Positions 37,601-49,600 of a stretch of DNA of 64,000 nt are shown here, one piece after another. This DNA comes from Phoronis australis (Eukaryota; Animalia; Phoronida): NCBI GenBank assembly GCA_002633005.1, contig NMRA01000132.1, positions 802,585 to 866,584 of the forward strand, given 5' to 3'. Each line of letters begins with the position of its first letter. Position 1 is the first letter of the stretch. The position numbers and the translations under genes are program-made. The notes below the pieces were generated by a model, which saw only the letters and a program-made list of their open reading frames with translations, was not told the origin of the DNA and did no database searches.

Positions 37601-40600
37601 GAGTTCATAAACATGTATTCTGGTCAAGAAACAAAACAAAACAAAACAAAACAAATGAAAAAAGTATTTGATAGTGGAATATTAAGCTGAAATCCTTGTG
37701 TAGTCGACCTGCCTTAAGGTGTTGCCCAAGAATACTTGTATTTGACAAGTGCAAGCAAGTTTTGTCCGGCTAATTCCAGTCTTGCAAATGAACAGGGCAC
37801 TATCAAAAGTTTTGAATAAATCGGAAATGTAAATGAACATAGTCATTGTAGAGGCAGAAGCACGCTTTTACCTTAGTTGGTAAGAGATTTAAATTTGCAG
37901 CCATTTCCCTTCTAAGACTGTGTTTAGTAAATAGAATTCTCTTTATTTTCAGGCCGATGACAGTGCTGTGAAGACGGTGACTGTATCACTGTTATCTCTT
38001 ATTGAGGAGAAGTCTTATGTTGGCCAAATGTGTGCTATGGCTCTGGTCCAAATGGCCACCAAGGTAAAGTATTTCTTTAACTTTGAATCCTGCGAACCCT
38101 TACAAAAAGGGGGGTCGGTCTGTATGTGGGTGCTAAGTGCAGTGTGTACCACTTCTGTATCATATCCTGTAATACATTGCCCTTGGTTAGTTTTAGAAAC
38201 CATGACATCCACAAACTGGTCTTTCTTACTGTGTAGGTTTCAACTAAAGTGTTCAAGGAGTCCATCTGGCCAGTCTTGAAGGAGGGTGTTAGCTGTGGCT
38301 GGGACAGATGTCGACCTGAAGTTCTGCTTCTGGTCTTGGGATTGGCCAGGCATCAACCGGTGAGTGCTTGGCTTATTGTTCATGCTTACAAAGTAAGGCT
38401 GGCTCGCACATCACCGGGCAACGTCCAGGATGGACCTCAAGGCATTTACACTCTCTGATAATGTTTTGTTGTGTTTTTGTATACAAAATATTTATTTTAT
38501 TATACAAGGGGGTGTTTCTTAATAATTTTTGCCAACGTCGTCGCGTTTCTTTCATTTATGCCAAGTGCTGCTGTACAAGGCTGCATTTCTTTTTACCCTT
38601 TTTGTCATTCATTGTCATCCTGCTCATCAGCATCATAATTTTCATTAAATTTTGTTATGTGAGTGTGAAGCTGTTTCATGTTGATGGGTTAAACCACCTC
38701 AAATTAGTATTAATTGTTTGGTGTTTCAGATACTTGAACATCTGAGAGTTCTCTTTGTAATCCCAGCCATGACACCTCTGTGGTGAAAACTAATAATTGG
38801 TGTCATTATGTAATAATCTCTCTAAACGCTTCCCTGTGATGACTATTTCAACCCCCTGACAGGTCTGTGGAGGTAAAAACTGATTTAATGAGTCTGAGGG
38901 CATAGTGTTAGATAAATAGTTCATTAATTCTACAGAATACAACATCTTTCTCACTACACTTTCTTACTTTTGTCGTCATCGTTTTTCACTTTTTGTCATT
39001 TTTTTATTTCTGTGACACTACTAAAAGCTTTTTTGTTCATTGATTGCAACACAGCTTTTGATTTTGTTTTTAATTTCAGAAATCTTTCAACGTTGAATTT
39101 AGGAAGAAATACTGGAATTCTGAGCAGCTAATTTGTGAAGAAAATTTCACAAAAATTTACGGCATCATCAAGGTGTGTATGAGGCGTTATTGTTACTGTA
39201 AGTCAAAAATTTAGTATGCAGCGTCATTTGAAGTTGGAATTATGGAACTATGTATTTGATGCCAGGTTACTATAGAGACTTAGTTGTTAACAACAACCTT
39301 GTTTAAAAATGTCCATTTTTGGTGTGTCCTTTCAATCAGACGACTGCATCATTTTTGGTAATTCTCCGCCTATTTAAGCACACGATAAATTGACACATAG
39401 ACTTCCATTTTGTCAAATTTCTAAATAAAAATGAAAAATAAGAAAATTATATTTGGCTGTGACACCGCAGTTTGTATAGCAAGAACTGTCGTAAAACAAC
39501 ATTAGGTAGACTTGATTATTTGTATCACTGCAATGAGACATTGAAAATTTGAAAAATGACCTTTCTTTCAATTATTTTTGTGCGAAACAACTGAAGTTTT
39601 GCCATCTGGTGTCCGACTTACCTATTTCCAGAGGTCTCACGCTGCACAATAAACTATGTCGGTCTGAAACTAATACTTCCGTAGGGTTTAGAATCCTTTT
39701 GAGATCAAAAGTTGAAAATTATTGAATTACAACTTAACCTATGTTGCAAAGGATAAATGTTCTAATAACTCCTTAAACTTGTTTTTGAATTATCGTTTGC
39801 CTGCGGATTACGCTTTTTTGTCACTACGCTTATTCTGTTGCTAGGCCGCATTGGGTGACACTTCTACTTTGCCTGAAGTTTGCAAGGAAGTCGTGGCGGA
39901 GGCTGCTACAAACAACTGTCTGCGTCAGTTCTGGCATTCTGTTATTGATGGTATGTTTGCATGGGTGGACATTTGTTCAGGTGTGATAAATTATTAATGT
40001 TTTTATCATGTGTTTTCGGTTATCAACATAAATGAATCTGTATCCAGTGTCAAATGTCACTTTTTGATCTTATTACTTATGCACTGATATTGAATTATGT
40101 GGTCGCATATAGTCAGGGTCCTGTTTGTTGGCCACCGCCAAGTTTGCTTGTCTGGCGATTTTGTTTGAAAATGGTTTCATGGATCATGACGAAATTTTGC
40201 ACTGAGGTAGATGGTGGTAGTGAGCTGATTTTGGACAGATTCGAGTACTGTGGCAACCCCTGTTAACTGTTAAAGATTTTTACTCCTTGTTCGTCAAGTT
40301 CTAACTAAACTACTTGAAAGATATTGTCAGTGGTGATGTTTGTATTGTCAAAGGAAATGCTGCTGTCATTGTCAGTTACATACAGTGTACTCTGTCAATT
40401 TTGGCGAGTGTTGTTCCGTCAGGCCATTTTAATTATTACCTAGTTCTGGTGTAATTTGGAGTTGGTTACTAACAAGGCAGTGAGTTTTAATTCTTACCTG
40501 TAGAACTTTTATTTCAGAAAAGTTCTGTGCGAAGGATGCTCCCACATCTCGCAAATACCTTTGCATTCGTCTCCTACCATGTGCTTTGAAGCTTTCTTCG

Positions 40601-43600
40601 TCTCCAGAAACAGTAAGTCACCGTATGTTATGCGTCCTAGTACTGTCGTGTGGTGATATATACCAATATACATGTACATATATATCATCCCACATGCGTA
40701 GGAATACTACTGCCATATCCTATCGAGAATTCATTCCATCTGGGAATGTCCCAACGAGACCGAAGTTCGTTGGAACATTCCCAGATGGCGTGTTGATTCT
40801 GCAACCTGACAGTTGACCTCCACTCTCGCTTTATTTGTGCCTGTATCCATTTTGATATCATTTATCTACCCTTGCACAAAAACTGCTCAAAGTTTTTTTA
40901 GAATTATATCTCCCGATTCCCGCTTGTTGTTGAATTGCGTTGAAATATCAACTGTAACTTTCCCCCGATCACTCATCTAGACTCCACTTGCGGCTTGTTA
41001 AGCGTAGCAACAGTAACTAAAATGGAGATCACTGCTCATCTGATTCTGGAAAGTTCTATTAAGTACATCTGTTCATGACAGCGTGTTGGTCTCTTCTCAT
41101 GTGAAATTCAATTGAAATTCAGTTGGTAAATTTATGCTCCTAACCACCAGCATGCTGTGACTGCACCTAATGCACACATAATGCAGATGTCCTTTTGTTT
41201 CCAGGTAAGCTCCATCCTATCCAAGAACCTAATGCAGTGCTTGATGTATAACCTTCAGAGCAAAGACAGAGTCCTGTACAGTGCTTCTAGGATGCTGGTG
41301 AGTAGCTCGGTTCTCAAGTTCTTGATCAATTAAAGCACTTGGTGGAGATACCCGAGTAGGAGTTCCTGCAGATTTGGAAAGATCTTGAAATTTGAAGTTG
41401 AATTTGAAAAGTTTTTGCTTTCATGATTAATACTGTGCATTCACTCCTCCTCTCACAGTAAACTGATCCATATCCTGTTGTCCACATCAAGGCTGTAACA
41501 CATGGCTGAAAAGTGTTGACTTCTGCAGTTAATAAAACCTGATACTGTCTGTTGAAGCTAATTCTAACCTCTAGGATGTTCATGAAATTCAGCATGTGTG
41601 TTACTATTGATGACGGCATGGTTAGTGTTGATTTTTGTATTGTGATGCTCTCTTGGGGCAATTGAGGTTTGTTTGCGTCTGCTTCAATATCTACCAAATA
41701 ATCTTCTCCAGATCTCCATGAAATTTGGTGTATGCGGAAAGCCCAGTTGGTGTTGAGTTTTGGATGGATCTAGTTATTGTGACATCTCCAGTGGCAAATT
41801 GTCATTGAGTCCGCCTTAAAACCCTGCAAATTCTGTGATTGATCTTGGACCTGTGTATTCTCAATGAGGAGACGATATTTGATGTTGATTTTCGAATAGG
41901 TCCTACCACTGTAGAGAGTACACCTTGGATGTTCCGTTTGTGATGCATACAGTGAGCACATGTCAATGTTTTAAGTTGATTTGTTTTAATTGGTCAATAA
42001 CTTAATTTGGCGTATCGGCATCCCACATGATGACATAGTTTAGCTTGACAATTTGATGGAGGTTAACTGATTTAATGAGTCTGATGGGATACCGATCAGC
42101 TGACAAACCAAATGAGACTGCTGAATTCAGGGTTTGGAATTTTCCTCCTTTAAGTGGATTTTTTTGTTTTTTTTTTGGTTTTGATTTCCTCTTATTTGAT
42201 TTCCAGTTTCCTCTTTTTCGTTTCTTTTATTATCATTATTTTGATTTTATACATGCAAAAACATTTGTTTCAGTTAATTTTTGCACCGCAGAATATATTT
42301 CTGTCACACAAGCCTATTCATTTGTGGAACGATTCGTCACCTGGAAAATTTTCTCTTTTTTGTCTTGGTTATTCCAAACCCTGGATGCTACACTATGTCC
42401 TCTCACTAGTTGTAAATGTTGACGCTGTTCTTTGCAGCTCGAAGAACTGGTAAAGTTCTGCACGTCTTGTAATAACGGTCGACTCCAGGTGGCAGTATTG
42501 AACGCCCTATTCTCACCGCCTGGCTCCCTGTGGTTTGACCAGATTGCCAAAACGAAAACAGTTGGACGCATCGTCAACGAGGTATGTAATCCGATACGAA
42601 GGCAAGTTGGAATCTTCACAGACATCTACCACAGATAGCACGTGATATCACTGTATGCATGTTGTTTTGAAATCAGTCATTCAAAATCATGGCTTAGCCT
42701 TAATTCATTGTGAAGACTTACTGGTGCAAGTAAATTGCTTAATCCCTTTTTAGCCACCTTAACAGGGCAAAATGCAGCTTGCTTGAAAAAATCGCCTTAA
42801 CTTTAAAACTGGGTAGTAAACGTTAGTGCTGTCTGTTTTCTGATGTTAAAGTTTTCCTTATTTACGATGAGTCGGGATGTGAAATCACGCCAGTGTTGGT
42901 ATTAACATGTTGGAATATATTTATGGATGCTCATTGTTGATTTTCTAGAACTGACATTAAGGGTTTACCGACTGAAATGTGCTTTTAAATTGTAGTTAAC
43001 GAGTGAAGGAATAAAGGAGCTAGGTGAACTACTGATGGCGCTAGTGTGGGGAGAACATGTGTTTGGGTGAGCTGGTTGTATTATTGACTTGGATAATTGA
43101 TTTTGAGTGATTTATCACTTGCCTTTCTAATGAGGCTTATCTGAAAAAATACTTAAGGAATGTGTGAATAAATATTAAAATTAGAAAATTTCCGTGAAAT
43201 TCACCAAGCTGTTTACAAGAACTTGTGTTCCTAAGTATAAATTAAGCTGACAAAAAAGCGGAATACGTCCAGAGTCTACAAAATCTGTCGGTTATCGATT
43301 AATTATTTGGTGAAAACTTTTTGATAATGTAACCTATACATATCCTTCACCTTGTTGGTTTTGATTCTTCAAATTGTGCAGTCAAACAAGCAACGTGGAG
43401 TTGAAGATGCGAGGTGCTATTGGCCAGCTGCGCAGTCTCGTTACAGTGAAGAACACAGAATGTGATGGACAGGTGTACATCATGAAGTTTATCCTAATAC
43501 ACGCCTATTTCCGAGTAGATCAGACAGACAAGGTGGCTGTGCAGGTATTCTGGTTCTGAGAGTTTTAATGAGGCCAGGTGTTCTTTTGAAATCCAGCTCT

Positions 43601-46600
43601 TGGCTTTGTGAGTGTTCTTCTGTTGGCACATGTTAGTCTCAAAGCGTCTCCATATGTACCTCGAAAATCAATCTACTGTGGATGTTATGAAAGTTAGTCA
43701 AGTTCAAAAGATTTTTTTACTTTGAAACCATTCAGAATTGGCGTTTTTGAACCGTTTGATTTTTGATTATTGTTTTCATTTAGTGGTAAGGAGCCTATAT
43801 ACCTCATAGTTTCAATGTCCTGCATGATGACTCTTCTCTCCTGACATATCATTGGAGGTAAATAACTGATTTAATGAGTCTGATTGGATTACTTAAAGTA
43901 TTTGGAGAATGGATATTTCAAAATGAGCTATGGCGTGAAATGGTTGAGTTTTGTGAAACTGTAGTTTTCAAGATGAAAAAAGTAATTAGACTTCATTACA
44001 GTTGATTGCATTTGCATTATCCAGGGTGGTAAATGGTGTGAGACTCCGCTATCCAGCAATGCTCAGTCGTGCCTGCAGGAGGCCTTCTTCAATGCACTGA
44101 AGAAGTTGGCCACCTATTGGCCAGGTGATGGAAAAGCCAACAACAGAGAGCGCTACCAGTCATACATCAACCTACTACACCAGCTTGTGCTTCATGCTCA
44201 GATTGTAAGTTGAACCCTTTATTTTAAGTTTAACCCATTCATTACAAGTTTAATCCTTTATTGCAAGTTTAACCCTTTATTGCAAGTTCAACCCTTTATT
44301 GCAAGTTGCAAGTTTAACCCCTTTATTGCAAGTTTAACCCTTTATTGCATGTTTAACCCTTTATTTCGAGTTTAACCCTTTCATTGCAAGTTTAACCCAT
44401 TGTTCCAAGTATAACCCTTTATTGCAATGTTAAACCTTTTTGCAAGTATAACCCTTTATAGTATGTCAAGAATAAATACATGAGAAAGTTTGCTGAAACT
44501 TGACACAGAGATTATGTGGTGGGAATGAGCCTGCACTAGTTGATGGATTTGGATACCATGGTGCCCCCTGTTGGCTGTTTCAGTTTTTGATGAAAAATTC
44601 TTTCACTGAAGATTTGTTACCTTTGCTTGTCTGCTAATTTTCTCAAAACCTGCCAAATCATGGTGAAATTTGGTGCAATTTTGTCACAGATATTCCTCTT
44701 CACGTAACTCTGTGTCCTTTTGCAAAAACAAAATAAACTTGTTTTTTGACTTTTAATGAGAGAAGTAGCATAGAAGTCACAAAGTGCCGTGAAATGAATA
44801 TTGCTTTGTGAAATGTTTGTATTTAAACCTGTCTGTTTTCAGTACTTAAAGGCTGATGTGCCTCTGCTTCATCCTTTCCCCAATGAGGTCTCCACGGCAT
44901 GGTCTAAGATGATTGGAGTAGTTGAAAAGATACATTCAAAGGTGGGCGCCATCTTCTGGCCTATTCACACAGTTCCACTTCACAGGTGTTTCCTTACATT
45001 TGTGCTGGGCATTGCCACTTAAGTTTGCTCAGAGGCATTTCAAATATTAGATGCGAAAACTTATAAATCATGACTTATGGAACTTACTATGAAATAAATT
45101 TACCGAGATTATGGAGCAGCCGGCTCCTTCTACTGGTAGTAATTTTTCGTGGCTTAATGTATTTGCATAAACGAACAAAATTGTTATCTGCTTTATTTAA
45201 TATACGTAGGTTTGTAAAAATCTTTCATTTGTTTGCGGCATAAATCGCCAGTTTCGGTGATCCCTTAATAAGCTCCTGGAACATTGGGTGGTGTATATTA
45301 ATCTTTTCTTGCTAATATCTGTGTGTAAGTACAAGAATTTAAAATTAAGTCTATTCTCATTTAGGGCGGTGAAAAATTAATTATTTTGCTCAAGGTTGGA
45401 GCTTGTCCCAACTTCTAGAAATAAGCAAAATTGTCCGTCCCAAATTCAAGTATCACTGCAAAGATGGCAAAATAATTCACTGTGTAGATTGAAACCACGT
45501 TGCCCAAAGTTTGGGAAATATGATGTATGCCAAAATCATTCTTGCCCCAAATTCCAGAATCAAGAAAATTCAAATTTTGCGGGAATTTCTATGTCCCAAA
45601 TTCTAGAGACCGTCCCACATTCTAGAGATCGTCCCAAATTGGAGAATTTTTACGTTAAGGGCTGTTCCAGCAAAATCTGTGTGGGAGGGGGGGGAAGGCA
45701 ACTGAAATAAAAATTTATGGGTGGTTGCGTTTGATTTAAATTCAAAATGGCTGGTGGTCGTACTTCAAAAAAATAAAAATTTACAGGTCGTTGTTTCATT
45801 GGGTCATAAATGTTTGATGGTGGGTAATTTTAGTAAATTTTATAAACAATCTGCACAGAATCAAAAACTGAAACAAAAATGCAACTTGCAAAAAGCTCCG
45901 ACTTCTTCACTCCCTCCGATCTCCCCATTGGCATGCCCATAACACCAGTTAACCACAGGCGCTCGAATTTCTCGATGGCTAATAACCATATATAAGAAAC
46001 ATATGTTTTCGTAGTAATGAATGACGTTAGTGGTGATGGAGGAACAGATAAACTCAGGCACCTGTGCAGTCAACCACAAGAACAAAAAAATTGCGGGTGG
46101 TTGCATTTCAAACTTATAAAAAATTACGGGTGGTAGGCTGAAGAAATAAATGAAAAATATGGGTGATGGGTGCGAAAAAAAGGTGCCTTCCCCCCCCTCC
46201 CATACAGATTTTACTGGAACAGCCCGTAGTGTTTTTACTGAAGATTTTTCTAATAGTCAATTGTCCGTTGTTGGAAGATGCACAACAAATCGCGTCTTAG
46301 CTAACCAATTGAAGTCACAGTCATATTGCGCGTCAGTCCAAGCTTTATTCCTTATACATGATGTCCTTGATGTCTGGTCTGCACGCTACCTTTGGTGTTC
46401 TTATAATGTAAAGGAATATTGTTGGGGATGGTTGTTTTAAATTTGTATTTTGGTGCTACTTGATCTCTGTTCGCCTCGATGATTAATTTTTTCTTCACTG
46501 AAGTCATTCTAATGATGGCTTGATAGGAAGAGAATGAGAGGTGTATAGAATCATGATGTCCAGGTTTAGTGACGAGCTTGGAACTAAGTATTGCTATCGG

Positions 46601-49600
46601 GTGTGAAGATTGTTCCCTCAAAAGAAAATTTTAATGTTACTAACTGATACTCCATTTGTCTCTATTTGTTGAACAGATGCAGGTGAGTTCTAAACTTGTG
46701 TTATACATGTAAGTTGTTTCTTGTCTTTTGGCAGCACGCCAGTGACAAAGATCTGAATGAAGACCATGCTTTTCTACTGTTGTTCCTTCATCTGGGTCTG
46801 CAGCTGTTCTCCGACCCTGTCAGCGCTGTTGATGCTCTTCAGGTACAGTTTATACAAAGTGGTTTGGACTACTTGAATTAATTGCAACAAATAGGATCTT
46901 TTAGTGTAAACTCTGTTATTTGCTCGAGCTACAATGGTGTCATTTGCTGCATGACCTTTGACCTTTATTGTAGTACAGACAACTCCAACTGGTGAACATG
47001 TTTAACAGTCCATGTCCTGGGACCTATGTGTCAAAAGAGTTGGTTGTTCGTTATCTTGACTTTCAGCTAAAAATCAAGCAACGGTCGGCTTAGCATGTTT
47101 CATGAAAATGGGCTAAGACTGAAAGTTGATTCGCAGTCCTATTTTTACTTTTCAAAAGGCAAAAAGCCAATAGTCGGCTCATAAACCAGGTCACTGGTAT
47201 GTGAGGTCATTATGGGGATGTTTCTGGAAGACTCTTGACTTTTGGCTAAAAATTGACGGATGACTTAGCCTGTTTAGAAAAACCAGGGAACGCTAAAAGT
47301 CAGAGGATCTGTCTTCGACTCGAAGCCAAAAACCATGGTCCCGTTCCAAGGAAACTGATTTGGCTAAGACAAGTCATAAATTCCAGTCAATTTTAACATA
47401 AAAATGAAATTTGTCTCGAATCCATTTCAAGAAAAAGATATTAAGTTTGTCTTAATTTTGACTAACGTACCGGATGTGGAAGTTTTGGAGTTAAGAAGTT
47501 GAGACAAATGTTAGACTGAAGTCAATAATGAAATTAAGTCGGGTTCTTGGAATGGGTCCCATAGCTATCGCCTGCTCGGGAACGGGATAAAAGCCAAAGG
47601 AAAAATCAATTTTTGGCTATTCGTAGTCAGATATCAGACTTCTGGACAATGTCAAAAGACAAAAACCATCAGACTTTAAGAAACAGGCCCCTGATCAGTT
47701 CAAGTAATGACTAGGATTTCACTCTCGTTGGATTGTTTTTCAAACTCGGTTTATGTGAACACTTATGAGTGAAAACAAGAAGTTGTAAATGTCTGTACTT
47801 AGTCGCAATTTTTATTTTTTTTGCAGGAGTTGCACATTTGCTATGAAAAAGCCCACCAGAAGAAGCGCAGATCGTCGACTAAACGAGGTGACTCAGGTAA
47901 CGCTTTATATTTCAATAAGTGCACATGCATGAAGACATTCGAATCGAGCTGTTGAAATCTTGCCAATTAGTTAAAACGTCAAATTAGTCTGTCGGTTTCT
48001 TGATTTATTCTAAATCTGCGGGCGTTGAACGCACAATTCCTGTCTTAATTTCCAGAGGAGCCCAGCTGGGTGGAAGTGGTGACGGAGCTCTTACTCAGTC
48101 TGCTGTCTCAGTCGTCTAGCTTGGTGCGACTCGTCTGTAATGATGTCTTTCACATGTTGAGGCCTCTCATGACCAAGGAAGCTGTCCGCTTGATACTAGA
48201 TGTAAGTCTGCAGATGATGCTATGTTACTGCTTCACTTGTTTTGTTTTGTCTTGTTGCTCTATTACACCGGTGTTACTAAGAAGTCCCCACATGATTGCT
48301 CTGGGGTGAATAACTAAATTTCACTTTCTCTTAATTTCATTTTTATTAAATTTCACTTTTTTAAGATTTGCTGTAAGCATTTGGTGAGTACTCCCCTGTT
48401 GCTCCCAGTATAAGACTGAGAGAACGGCTGCCAGGTTGTTCGGAGGTCAATGTGTGGTGTGCAAATTGCAGGTTTTGATTCTTGGAAAATTTATTATACG
48501 GCTGAAAATTAATTGAATCATTATGATATTGAGTAAGAGAATACAAGCTGTTTGTTCATCAAAATGTTGAATTGATGTCACCTGACTGAAGATAGTAATG
48601 GCTGCTTCTGTATGATGTGACGGTACTTCATCGGTGAGTGTCGGTGAGAGCAATAACACTGATTCAATGAGACTGACTGAAATGGCCAACTCTTCGAGGC
48701 GACTTGGTTTCCCCTTTCTTTTCAGCATTGGTGTTTTCATGGGTTTTGTTCTTTTGTTCAGGTGTTCAGTCCTGTGGATGAAAAAGGACCTCTGGCTTTT
48801 GAAGAAGATGGTACGTGACAGTTTTATTGACTTTCTGTAGTACTTCAACTGAAGATTTTTGTAAATTGTAAATTGTCCGTTGTTTGAAGATGCAGAACAA
48901 ATCATGTTTTAGCAAATCAACTGAAGTCACAGTCATTATATTGCGTGTGTCAGTCAAAGCTTTATTCCTTATACATGATGTCCTTGGCAACTGTTCCGCA
49001 CGCTACCTTTGGTGTTCTTATAAATGTATTCTAATGAAGGAATATTGTTGGGGATGGCTGTTTTTGTATTTTGGTACTACTCGATCTCTGTTTGCCTCAG
49101 TGATTAATTTTTTCTTCACTGAAGTCATTCTAATGATGGCTTGATAGGAAGAGAATGAGAGGTGTATAGAATCATAGTGTCCAGGTTTAGTGACGAGCTT
49201 GGAACTAAGTATCGCTATCGGGTGTGAAGATTGTGCCCTCAAAAGAAAATCTTAATGTTACTAACTGATACTCTATTTAGCATTAGACTGTTACCTTTGC
49301 ATGTTTCTTTGAACCATTAATTCGTGCTTATGAAAATCTTGTTTTAAACAGGCTTTCATGCCGACAACCATCGATCTATTTGATTTGAATAATGTATTGT
49401 ACTTTAAGATGGCTATAAACCTGACTTACATCAAAAAACCAGCTATTCATTTAGACCACCTTAAGTTATGAAGTTATTCTCTACTTGTTTGTTATTCAGG
49501 TTATTAGTGGTTTTTGGACTTGTACAGAACCGATAGCTTGTCAGTGCTTCATACCATCTTCAACAAGTTTTTTTTTGTTGCGGCAAGTCTTAGTGAATGG

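Larger units (their letters stand above)
46231..49272. repeat. About 420-bp dispersed intronic duplication (46231-46652 and 48846-49272) carrying a snoRNA-like unit
   Basis: Colinear similarity over the block; the last about 160 bp are nearly identical while the upstream part is more diverged. Confidence 0.85.

Noticed and set aside
40736-40788. 22-bp-stem hairpin as a miRNA or terminator
   Set aside because: More simply an internal palindrome of a repeat fragment; no supporting evidence.
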